From a virus, in the IMG/VR virus record IMGVR_UViG_3300027763_000001, positions 1 to 64,000 of that record: DNA of 64,000 nucleotides. One strand, given 5' to 3'. Position numbers and translations under genes: made by a program. The notes under the pieces were generated by a model that ran no database searches, was not told the origin of the DNA, and worked only from the letters and a program-made list of their open reading frames with translations. This document shows, piece after piece, positions 1-8,353 of the stretch (positions within the stretch are counted from its first letter, which is position 1; each line of letters starts with the position of its first letter).

Positions 1-378
1 AAGACTTCCAGCAACCCCTACTGCCGGTTCTTTCCCAAGCAGGACGACGACACGATCGCTGCCGCCGGGGGGTCGTTCGGGGGGTGGATGAAATATCTCA
101 AATGCGCCACCCAGCTGGCGGCCTACAAGATTGCGATCAAAGAAACCCTGGGAGTTACCATCAACCGAGTCGAGATTCTCACTTCCACGCCCCTGATCAC
201 GCAACGTTTCCAGATCTGCGGGCCCGAACTCAAGAAGTTTGAGGTCAAATGGCTCCAGAAAGTCCGGGCCTACTACGACCTAGTCGCCCAGGAGACTGCA
301 GCCGCAAGCGCCGGGCTTACCCTCGAGGAGTTGCTGGCCCTGCCGGCCGCCAAGCGGAAGGAGCTGGTGGCGGCCTAG
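1..378 (+). CDS. PD-(D/E)XK exonuclease, 5'-partial
   Basis: Frame is open from base 1 (KTSSNPYCRFFPK...). KTS of the D-x-K motif is followed by QLAAY, as in phage RecB-family/MGME1-like exonucleases. Confidence 0.7.
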   Translation, partial: KTSSNPYCRFFPKQDDDTIAAAGGSFGGWMKYLKCATQLAAYKIAIKETLGVTINRVEILTSTPLITQRFQICGPELKKFEVKWLQKVRAYYDLVAQETAAASAGLTLEELLALPAAKRKELVAA

Positions 379-710
379 AGGCGCTGGTCGGCCCGCGCCG
401 GCCACAGGTTCCCGGGCACCTCGCCCGGCGGCGTCAGCGGCAGAACGTCACCGGGGCTCGGGGGTGGGGTTCCCGCTGGCGGCGTCCGGTACACGTCTTC
501 GAGGATCTCCTTGCGCCGGCGCGCGTCGATCGCCGGGTTTGGTGTCACATATCCCAAAGCAAACCCGCCGGCTCCGGTGAACAGGCTGACCCCTTGCATA
601 TAGCAACCGCCATCGAACTTCGCCCCGCTGACCCGGCAGTCCAAGATGTAGACCAGCCCGAGCGCAGTCAGCAATCCCGTCAGCGTGAAAACCGGTGCTA
701 GAGCCTTCAT
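375..710 (-). CDS. Small two-TM membrane protein, possible holin
   Basis: Two hydrophobic segments (LAPVFTLTGLLTALGLVYIL; GVSLFTGAGGFALGYV), then a basic RRRK stretch and a Pro-rich tail. ATGA overlap with the upstream PAS gene. Confidence 0.5.
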   Translation of the reverse strand: MKALAPVFTLTGLLTALGLVYILDCRVSGAKFDGGCYMQGVSLFTGAGGFALGYVTPNPAIDARRRKEILEDVYRTPPAGTPPPSPGDVLPLTPPGEVPGNLWPARADQRL

Positions 711-1345
711 GATTCCTGCCTCTCAAGCGCATCGATACGCCCCATCCATCCAACCACGACCCCATCGACCCGCACCGCGTCGGCCATCACCCGCACCGGG
801 ATCAGCTGGCCACTGCGCACATTCCGCAATCTCAAGCGGTAGCCAGGGAAGTCTCGCTTGTCCTGCACGGCCGACCCCCAGTCCTCGGTGTAGTGGGCCA
901 GGTCCTCCGGAGCGATGCAGTTCTTCCAGCCCAGCCCGGCTGCATCTTCAGCCGTCATGCCCACCAGCTCCAGCAGGGGCCGGCTGGATTGAACGTGGAC
1001 GCCTTCAGCGTTGGTCGTGTAAGACAAGACCCCAGCCCCGTCGCGCATGGAGTGAGCCTGCGCCTCGACGATCGCCAGGTGCCAGCGGATCCGGGCCAAG
1101 CACTGCTCGTTGCGTTTGGTCAAATCAAACAATGAGCCGCCGCCATTGGGGTACAACTGCCCCAGGACCAGGTCCAGTTTTCGCTGCGTCTCCCGGCCCG
1201 GCAAACGCTTCCGGGCCCAGGAGGCAGCCCCCCGCAGCAGGGGCCAGGTCCAGCTGTTCGCCTTTAAGAAGCCGTATCCCACCGCCCCGGCACCGCCAGC
1301 CCAAGCAAGTCGCTCCAACAGCAGGGTCAGCAGGACTGGATCCAT
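707..1345 (-). CDS. Membrane-anchored PAS-domain protein
   Basis: N-terminal hydrophobic Gly/Ala segment. C-terminal PAS_3-like pattern LVGMTAEDAAGLGWKNCIAPED...YRLRLR...G...WMG. Confidence 0.75.
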   Translation of the reverse strand: MDPVLLTLLLERLAWAGGAGAVGYGFLKANSWTWPLLRGAASWARKRLPGRETQRKLDLVLGQLYPNGGGSLFDLTKRNEQCLARIRWHLAIVEAQAHSMRDGAGVLSYTTNAEGVHVQSSRPLLELVGMTAEDAAGLGWKNCIAPEDLAHYTEDWGSAVQDKRDFPGYRLRLRNVRSGQLIPVRVMADAVRVDGVVVGWMGRIDALERQES

Positions 1346-1467
1346 TGCAACTGCCTGCTCCCGAGCCGGAGACCTGGATGGGTTCTGCGGTCATTCTGCC
1401 ACTACAGAGCAGTCTTGCGCTTCTGAGCACCCAGGCGAATCGGGGCGGGTCGCAGTTGTCGCAAGGA

Positions 1468-1519
1468 TTGACGCACTCTTGACGCAGTATTGACAGGAAC
1501 GGACCAACCCGTGCAAACT
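1468..1519 (+). promoter_or_regulatory. Three TTGAC direct repeats at 11-bp spacing and putative primase promoter
   Basis: TTGACGCA at 1468 and 1479; TTGACA at 1490; possible -10 CAAACT at 1514. Confidence 0.5.
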
Positions 1520-1545
1520 CGAAACTGCATTCCTGCACTGCCGCC

Positions 1546-3909
1546 TTGACGCCGATCCTCTGGTCCGCCCACCCCGACATCCATGACAAACCTCTTTGGG
1601 AACCTCGCTTTGGTTATGGCTGGCAGCGGCGAGGCCCCGACCTCCAGGGCTTGATCGACCACATCACCACCGGAGGCGCGTTTATTACCGCCGCAATGAC
1701 GTCCCACCACCGCACGGCAGCGGCCTTTGAGTCCACGTCCCTGGTGGCCATCGATGTCGACTACGGGCTGACCGTCGAAGAGTTCGCTCAACACCCCCTG
1801 GCTGCCTGCGCCTGCTTCGCCTACACCACTCCGTCGCATGAACCGGAGGCCGGCAAGCACCGTTTCCGCGTTCTGTTTCGCTTGCCTGAAACCATCCACA
1901 GCGGCGAACTTTGCAAAGCGATTGTCACGATTCTCACCAACGCCCTGGGCGGCGACCGCAGCTGCACTGATCCGACCCATCTTTTCTATGGCAACACCAA
2001 GGCCATCCGCCTGATCGAGGCACCAGACGCCGCTCTTGACGGGCAAATCATCCTTGACGCCGAGGCTTTTCTCGAACAGCAGCGCATTGCCTGCCGTGAC
2101 GCCGCTTCCGAGGTCGACGAGCTTTCGATCCTGCGTGCCATCCATGTTCTCGAGCAGGTGCTCAATCCCACTTGCGACGGCGAACGCGACAAGTTCGTCC
2201 GAATCTCAGCAGCCGCCCGCGCCGGCGGTGACGCTGTCTTTCCGGCCTGGTCTGATTGGGCCAGCAGAGGGCACCACGGATCCCAGAAGAACAAGCGCCA
2301 GTCCTCCGAGCGCTGGTTCCGCGGGCTCAAGGGAAGTTCCCTGGGCACCCTGTTTTTCCTGGCTTCCGAGCAAGACCCCAGCTGGCGCGACAGCCTGCCC
2401 GATGAACTGCGCTCTAGCGAAGGCCATGGCTTCAAGGGTCACTCCGACACCTATGCCGGCTACGACGCGGAGGACTTCATGGGCGATCCAGCCATTTCGA
2501 TCCCGAGCACTCCGCAGCCCTCGATGTTTGACCCCGAGTCCCCCTGGGCGAAGGTCGTAACGCTTTCTGCCGGCTACGAAGAGGAGGCCTTCCAGGGAGA
2601 CCCACCCGAAAAACCCACAGGCGGCGACGGGGCCAGCAACCAAGGAGTGCCCGACAAACGGGCCCCTGGTCGTCCCAAGAAGGTCAAAAACGACCCGATC
2701 GAAACGATCATGGTCCGGCTGCGCAACCTTTACCCCAGCTTGCGCCGCAACGTCGTCACCGATCAGGACGAGTTTGGCCCTAAGGAAAAGCCCCAGCAGC
2801 TGCCGGACTCCAGCACCACCTACGTCAGGCTCAGCCGCGGCACCGGCGACGTTTTCCCCAAGACGCTCGTCAACGACTTGATCCAGGTGGTTGCCTACGA
2901 GAATCGCTACAACCCAGTCAAGGGTTACCTGGAAGGCTGCCTCTCTGGCCATGCTCCTTGCTCCTATTTCGACCACCTGGCCACTCAACTCTTGGGCATC
3001 GAGATCGAGGACAGCGATTCACTGGCCATCAACGGCCGCGCAGTGGCCGACGAAATCCTGCGGCGCTTCCTGATCGGGGCCGTGGCCCGTGCCATGCAGC
3101 CGGGGTGTGACATGCCCTGGATACCGATCTTCGTTGGCGCCCAGAATCTCGGCAAGTCTGCCTTCCTGCGCTACCTGGTTCCGCCCCAGCACTGCGGTCC
3201 CTCCTGGTCAGCCACGGTGCAACAGGGGATTGGACTGCTCAAAGAGAAGCCGCACATGCTTCATGCCGGCTGGATCGTTGTTCTTGACGAGGTCGAGCGC
3301 TACTTCCAGCGCAGATACGTTGAGGAACTCAAGAACTTGATTTCGACCCCAGTCGACTATTCCGCCAAGAAGTACCAGAACGAGGTTCACTACCCCCGGT
3401 CTTTTGTGATGGCCGGCGCCACCAACACCCGCGACTTCCTGGTGGACCCCACTGGAAACCGGCGCTTCTTACCGGTCATCATCCACGGCCGAGTGCCCAG
3501 CCCCGAAGACCCACGAGTGAAGATCATCGACCTCGACCGGCTGCAGCGGGACCGCGACTCGATCTGGGCAGCCGCCTACACGGCCTACCTGGCTGGCGAG
3601 CCCTGGACCTTCTCGTCTCACGAGCTGGCCCAAGTGAACGGCTACATCGATGGATTCACTGCCGACAGCGGCATTGCCCCCTTGGTCGCCCGGGTCTTAA
3701 GTACTCACACCACCGGGCTGATCAGGGGCCGCCGCTACGTCCTGCTCAATGAGGTGATGCAGCAGATGGGCATCGAGGTGACCAAGTTCGCCCACATGCG
3801 GACCGCGGTCAGCGACGAGCTGAAGCGGCTGGGTTGGGAATCCAAGCGGGTTTTGATCATGGCCAAGTTGACCCGGGTCTGGCTGGAGCCGGCAAAGGGG
3901 CAGTCATGA
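1546..3909 (+). CDS. Primase (AEP-like, PriCT-2) fused to VirE/VapE-type helicase
   Basis: AIDVD, YTTPSH...RFRVLF, DPTHLFYG in the primase part; Walker A GAQNLGKS, Walker B VVLDE and ATN...DPTGNRRF in the ATPase part. Confidence 0.88.
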   Translation: MTPILWSAHPDIHDKPLWEPRFGYGWQRRGPDLQGLIDHITTGGAFITAAMTSHHRTAAAFESTSLVAIDVDYGLTVEEFAQHPLAACACFAYTTPSHEPEAGKHRFRVLFRLPETIHSGELCKAIVTILTNALGGDRSCTDPTHLFYGNTKAIRLIEAPDAALDGQIILDAEAFLEQQRIACRDAASEVDELSILRAIHVLEQVLNPTCDGERDKFVRISAAARAGGDAVFPAWSDWASRGHHGSQKNKRQSSERWFRGLKGSSLGTLFFLASEQDPSWRDSLPDELRSSEGHGFKGHSDTYAGYDAEDFMGDPAISIPSTPQPSMFDPESPWAKVVTLSAGYEEEAFQGDPPEKPTGGDGASNQGVPDKRAPGRPKKVKNDPIETIMVRLRNLYPSLRRNVVTDQDEFGPKEKPQQLPDSSTTYVRLSRGTGDVFPKTLVNDLIQVVAYENRYNPVKGYLEGCLSGHAPCSYFDHLATQLLGIEIEDSDSLAINGRAVADEILRRFLIGAVARAMQPGCDMPWIPIFVGAQNLGKSAFLRYLVPPQHCGPSWSATVQQGIGLLKEKPHMLHAGWIVVLDEVERYFQRRYVEELKNLISTPVDYSAKKYQNEVHYPRSFVMAGATNTRDFLVDPTGNRRFLPVIIHGRVPSPEDPRVKIIDLDRLQRDRDSIWAAAYTAYLAGEPWTFSSHELAQVNGYIDGFTADSGIAPLVARVLSTHTTGLIRGRRYVLLNEVMQQMGIEVTKFAHMRTAVSDELKRLGWESKRVLIMAKLTRVWLEPAKGQS

Positions 3910-4184
3910 ACAAGAGACGCAACGCGAACTGTGACCGTCGCCACTCGAAGAGCGAGCCGGTCCGAGAGGAGGGCATCTCTCCGGCCGCTTTCCGCCGAGC
4001 CCGAGCGTCTTGGCTGAGTCTCACTGAGACAGCTGATTTCCAGCTTCTGCTGAGACTGGCTGCGCTGGAAGGCTTTCTTCCAGGTCAGTCGCATCAGTCT
4101 CAGGCGAGACTCACGAAATCAGCGAGAATTGACGACCCCCTGTCGCTCAAGCCGGCTGCGGGGGAACCAGTCTCAAGGGGTTGA
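3906..4184 (+). CDS. Hypothetical protein overlapping the repeat region
   Basis: ATGA coupling to the primase stop, but the ORF runs through an inverted-repeat region and may be spurious. Confidence 0.3.
   Translation: MNKRRNANCDRRHSKSEPVREEGISPAAFRRARASWLSLTETADFQLLLRLAALEGFLPGQSHQSQARLTKSARIDDPLSLKPAAGEPVSRG
4015..4113. repeat. Long imperfect inverted repeat rich in TGAGAC/GTCTCA, candidate origin element
   Basis: TGAGTCTCACTGAGACAG (4015-4032) versus CAGTCTCAGGCGAGACTCA (4095-4113), with inner CTGGAAG/CTTCCAG arms. Confidence 0.6.
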
Positions 4185-4202
4185 CGCAAGAGCCTCACGA
4201 GC

Positions 4203-4359
4203 GCTTCCTTTCTGTCAGAAATAGAAACTCCACTGCGGACGCTTCATCCCTGTTTGTGCCCCCTTCCGAACACGCCCTGAATACCCGCTAGCCTCTGTGC
4301 GCTCCAAATCCGCATCCCATTGGCGGAAAGGGGGAAAACATTTCTGACAAGAAGGAAGC
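4203..4359. repeat. 20-bp inverted repeat bounding a structured 157-bp element
   Basis: GCTTCCTTTCTGTCAGAAAT (4203-4222) versus ATTTCTGACAAGAAGGAAGC (4340-4359), 18/20 complementary. Confidence 0.7.
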
Positions 4360-4604
4360 ACCTATGCCCCAGGTGCGTCATGCCCCCCGGTCCCCTTCCA
4401 GCCCAACCGATCACAGCGAAGAGACCTCGTCATTACCTCCCTAGCCACGCCGAACGGCTCCCGGCTCTTCCAGTCGCGCCAAGCGGTTTTGGCTTCGGCG
4501 CCCTGGCCGGGTCTCCCTGGCTCCCGCCTGCCCCGCCCCTGGGTCCGCGCCGGCCTCCTCGGACCAGGCTTGCGTTTTAACCACCAATCTTCGAACTGTC
4601 CACC

Positions 4605-4934
4605 ATGCTCCTTGAGTTTCACGGCCACCAGTCGGTCCACCCCCTTGAAGGCCGCGACCGGCCGATCGTTGATCGCCTGCTCGCCTGCACGGCAGACACC
4701 GCCACCGACACAGACGTCGTCGACCTGGCCCGCCTGGTCACCCGCTACGCCGACTTCCAGGGCGCCTTCCCCCTGAAGAAGGACCTGATCCAGGCCGCCA
4801 AAGCCTTGGGCTTCGCCAATCGCGACGCTCTCAACACCGCTGCCAGGCGCATTTGGCAGTCCGGCTACTCGCCAATGAGCGATCAGGCTGACACAGGTGT
4901 AGGATCTGGCGCAGACGTGCAGGCGGCCGAGTGA
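4605..4934 (+). CDS. DUF3288-family protein (cyanobacterial)
   Basis: HPLE..DR.IVDRLL...LARL..RY..F.GA...DL and C-terminal VGSG.D, typical of this family. Confidence 0.75.
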   Translation: MLLEFHGHQSVHPLEGRDRPIVDRLLACTADTATDTDVVDLARLVTRYADFQGAFPLKKDLIQAAKALGFANRDALNTAARRIWQSGYSPMSDQADTGVGSGADVQAAE

Positions 4935-4977
4935 GGCGGCTGGCGTCCTGCTCCCCTTTTTTTTCCCAGGCGATTTT

Positions 4978-5175
4978 ATGAGCATTAGCAGCGACCAGGG
5001 CCGCATCGGTCCTTTTTGGTGGGTCAACTCAGATCAGACGCTTCGCACGGCATTCGTGCCAGTGACGCTTGGCATTATTGATACCGGCATGGTGGCGAAG
5101 AGCAGGGTGGTCCTCTGGGGCACCTGCGGCATTGGCTGCAACGTCCACATTGCCATGGAGGCGCTCGATGTCTGA
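4978..5175 (+). CDS. Hypothetical protein
   Basis: ATG start; overlaps the next gene start in an operon-like arrangement. Confidence 0.4.
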   Translation: MSISSDQGRIGPFWWVNSDQTLRTAFVPVTLGIIDTGMVAKSRVVLWGTCGIGCNVHIAMEALDV

Positions 5176-6097
5176 GCCCGCCCCCACAATCCGCGCCGCT
5201 CTGGAGCGGTTTATTGAGCTGGGGGAGGCCGCCGCTGCTCCCACCTCAATTCCAATTATCACCAAGGCGATGTGGTTCAACGCCATCGCCGCAGCCGAAG
5301 CCGCCCTAGAGGCTGAGCCGGAGGGGCCAACGTTGGCGGAAGAGGCCCTGTGCGCACTGGAGCGGATTCAACATGGAGACGCAAGCTCCGGCTCTGACGA
5401 CTTCGATTTAGTCGCCAATGCACTAGGCCAGTTACGTCGCTACGACGCTACTCCGCCAGCACCGGAGCAGGGGCAGGGCCGATGGACCGAAGGTGTTTGC
5501 GGAGACGGCGCCGCGATCCTGTTTGATGGCGCCATGGTGCCCATTGAGGAGGTGGTTCGAGCGCTGAACGGGCGACCCACCCCGCCAGTGCCAGAACTGC
5601 TGGAAGCCAATTTTCGCGCTTGGCACAAAGAAGCACGGGGCTCTTTGTATTACGGGGCCATGCCTCTTTGTGACGCAATTGAGTGGGCGCAGCACCTGCT
5701 CCAACAAGTCACCCTGCAAGCGCTTGTTTCGCCGGCGGCACCGGCGCCGCCGATCACAGAGCCTTCAGCGCTACCTGAATTGGTCCGATACGGCTTTATT
5801 GGCGACGGCCCCAACCGGCCCCTGCTGGTTTGGTCGGTAGATGGCTATTGGACTCCATGGCACATCGCTGCCACCCTGCTTCAGCAACAGCAAGCCGAGC
5901 TGGCTACCCTGCGAGGGGTGCCGGTGGCAGTGAGTGAGCGCATCATCTCCATTGCGAAGGCGGTCCAGGAGTGCGCTTTCACCCATGAGCCAGACGCCCG
6001 GCTGATTGGCAACGTCTGCGCCGAGGACGTTGCCGATCTGTGCACCGCCGCCCTCGCCACCCCGCCAGTGCCCCAGGCTGGGGAGGTGGAGGCGTGA
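5168..6097 (+). CDS. Hypothetical mosaic phage protein
   Basis: Probable start MSEPAPTIRAAL. Pro/Ala linkers separate short modules (PVAVSER). GTGA coupling to the next gene. Confidence 0.6.
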   Translation: MSEPAPTIRAALERFIELGEAAAAPTSIPIITKAMWFNAIAAAEAALEAEPEGPTLAEEALCALERIQHGDASSGSDDFDLVANALGQLRRYDATPPAPEQGQGRWTEGVCGDGAAILFDGAMVPIEEVVRALNGRPTPPVPELLEANFRAWHKEARGSLYYGAMPLCDAIEWAQHLLQQVTLQALVSPAAPAPPITEPSALPELVRYGFIGDGPNRPLLVWSVDGYWTPWHIAATLLQQQQAELATLRGVPVAVSERIISIAKAVQECAFTHEPDARLIGNVCAEDVADLCTAALATPPVPQAGEVEA

Positions 6098-6378
6098 GCA
6101 CCCCGCCACTGATGCCAGCGGCCTACTCCGCCGGCAATGGTGTGACGATTCGTAGAACCAGGCAGTCCCCTGATTTGTGGGCCGTTCACAAAGGGGATAT
6201 GTGGCTCGGCAACCTGGAATGCCTTTCGACTGATGGCGAATGGGTCCACGAGCCAATGCCATCGTCCCGAACCCAAGGATGGCTCGATGGCCATCGCTTT
6301 GCTACCGCTGAATCCGCTGCAGCCGTTTTGGCTGCTGTTTCACAGCCTGCGCCCCAGATCAAAAAGACCCAGCCATGA
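6094..6378 (+). CDS. Conserved-type hypothetical phage protein
   Basis: GTG start in a GTGA overlap; WAV...CL..DGEW..EPMPSSR...RF pattern seen in phage early genes. Confidence 0.6.
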   Translation: MSTPPLMPAAYSAGNGVTIRRTRQSPDLWAVHKGDMWLGNLECLSTDGEWVHEPMPSSRTQGWLDGHRFATAESAAAVLAAVSQPAPQIKKTQP

Positions 6379-6815
6379 GTACCTCAACCGTCAACTATCA
6401 AACCTTTCGCGATGATCTCATCGCCCGCATGGCTGATGAGCTGGACCACCTTCAGCCGCTGCCTGCGTTTCCACCTGCCACGTCTCATCCGCTCGCCGCC
6501 GAAGCGCGCGCTTTGCTTCAGCTTGGCTTGTCGCTAGTGGTTGCTCCAGTTCCGGTAAGTGAGCGGCCATGGGAGCGGGAAGGCTGGTGTCATCCCGAAA
6601 CTGGAATGTGCTTGATTGAGCAATGGTGCGCCGATGACATTTACTCGATAACATGGAAACTTCAGCTTCCGATTAGCGAGCAGGAGATAAAAAAAGGCAG
6701 ACATTGCACGATCAAGGCTATTTACCCTGAAGGGCGGGTCGATAACTTTTTGCTGATGTTCGGCAGATCGCTTCCTTTTGACAGCACTTTTTTGGCAGTA
6801 CCTATTCAGCCATGA
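6375..6815 (+). CDS. Hypothetical protein
   Basis: ATGA coupling; shares the PVSER module with 5168-6097. Confidence 0.55.
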   Translation: MSTSTVNYQTFRDDLIARMADELDHLQPLPAFPPATSHPLAAEARALLQLGLSLVVAPVPVSERPWEREGWCHPETGMCLIEQWCADDIYSITWKLQLPISEQEIKKGRHCTIKAIYPEGRVDNFLLMFGRSLPFDSTFLAVPIQP

Positions 6816-6944
6816 CTGCCATTGCCCTCTTTTTTATCTGCTTCACGGGCATTCCTTTTTGTCGATTCTTCGGAGTCCCAACGCTATTGCATCATGCCTG
6901 ACAGTAATCATGCTCCCCTCAAAACTGCCACCGAAAAACCAACC

Positions 6945-7451
6945 ATGAAACAGTACGTCAAGCCCCGACGCATCTATCTTGCATCTTCGTGGCGGAATCC
7001 TACTCAGCCCGCAGTATTAGCCGCTTTGCGTGATGCTGGACATGAAGTGTATGACTTCCGTAATCCTGCTCCAGGGTATAAAGGCTTTGCCTGGAGCGAC
7101 TGCGGCGGCATGGCTAACCAGGACGGGCCAGGCAGAGGAGCTAGAACAATCCCCTCCTACCTGGAGGCGATCCGTTCGACACGCGCAACCGAAGGCTTTG
7201 CATTTGACAAGGAAGCGCTGGACTGGTGCGACACTTGCGTGCTGGCGCTACCATGTGGCCGCAGTGCCCATCTTGAGTTAGGTTACGCAACTGGTCAAGG
7301 CAAGGACACCTACGTGCTATTGCACGAGCATCAATTCGAGCCTGAGTTAATGTACCTGCTTAATACAGGTATTTGCGCCAGCACGCAAGAACTTATCGAA
7401 GTTCTTGGCCCTCAACGCTGCTACGGACGACCAGCGCCCCAGGCTCAATAA
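6945..7451 (+). CDS. Nucleoside 2-deoxyribosyltransferase-like protein
   Basis: IYLASSWRN...GHEVYDFRNP...D...CVL.LPCGRSAHLELG...G.GK. Confidence 0.75.
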   Translation: MKQYVKPRRIYLASSWRNPTQPAVLAALRDAGHEVYDFRNPAPGYKGFAWSDCGGMANQDGPGRGARTIPSYLEAIRSTRATEGFAFDKEALDWCDTCVLALPCGRSAHLELGYATGQGKDTYVLLHEHQFEPELMYLLNTGICASTQELIEVLGPQRCYGRPAPQAQ

Positions 7452-7500
7452 AGGGAGTCCTACCAATTATGACCGCCACCACCTTCTTTGTTCTTTAACC

Positions 7501-8061
7501 TTGGCTGACACCTTTCGCTCCATCCGCTATCCCAAAATTCCCAAAAACTGGGATCAACGTTTCCTGTACCTGGCTGCTACCGTCGCCGCCTGGTCCAAGG
7601 ACCCCTCGACCAAAGTCGGCGCCGTAGCCGTGCGCCAGCGGCGGGTACTGGCCACCGGCTACAACGGCCTACCTACCGGCATGATCGACAGTGTGGAGCG
7701 CTTGCTCAACCGAGACGTTCGTCTCGCTTTAACAATTCACGCTGAGCTGAACTTGGTCACCTTCGCAGCCCGTCACGGCGTCTGCCTTGATGGATCTACC
7801 GTCTACACTTACCCTTTGCTGCCTTGCGGTAATTGCGCTACCGCTTTGATTCAGTCCGGTATAACCAAAGTAGTTGCCCCGGACTTCGTCATGCCGATGC
7901 GCTGGCAGGAATCCATCACCCAGGCCAAGCAAGCCTTCCTAGAGGCCGGCGTTGGCGTCGAGTTGCTGGCCATTGAAGGTCCCCTGCATGTAGCTGCTGC
8001 GTCAAATCCAGATCGCGATGACCACGAGGAAACCGAAGACGCGCACTTGCGGCTGGTGTAA
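7501..8061 (+). CDS. dCMP deaminase
   Basis: WDQRF...WSKDPSTKVGAV...GYNG; zinc motifs HAE and PCxxC. TTG start is inferred. Confidence 0.9.
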   Translation: MADTFRSIRYPKIPKNWDQRFLYLAATVAAWSKDPSTKVGAVAVRQRRVLATGYNGLPTGMIDSVERLLNRDVRLALTIHAELNLVTFAARHGVCLDGSTVYTYPLLPCGNCATALIQSGITKVVAPDFVMPMRWQESITQAKQAFLEAGVGVELLAIEGPLHVAAASNPDRDDHEETEDAHLRLV

Positions 8062-8077
8062 TCCCACGCCAGCGCTT

Positions 8078-8353
8078 ATGCTGCGCCCACTTGCTCAGCA
8101 GACCTTGCACAACTGTCCTCCGGGATCCCGCGTCAAGAATTCCCTTGACGGCCGTCTGGGCATGATCTACAGCTCGCCGGAGCGAGCGCGAGCTTCTCTT
8201 GCCTTGGTTCCGGTCATGGTAGAGGGCTCCACCCGCCGCGAGCTTTGGGCCACCCACACCACCAGACTGCTCCCTCGGACTGAGCAATTTGTCGCTTTGG
8301 GTGGCACGAAGAGCGCGCCTGCCGGCTACCCTCTGACGCCTCTGGACGGCTGA
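8078..8353 (+). CDS. Hypothetical protein
   Basis: ATG start; TGATG coupling with the next gene. Confidence 0.55.
   Translation: MLRPLAQQTLHNCPPGSRVKNSLDGRLGMIYSSPERARASLALVPVMVEGSTRRELWATHTTRLLPRTEQFVALGGTKSAPAGYPLTPLDG

Noticed and set aside
707-1345. LOV blue-light photoreceptor
   Set aside because: The GRNCRFLQ motif is absent; only a generic PAS pattern is present.
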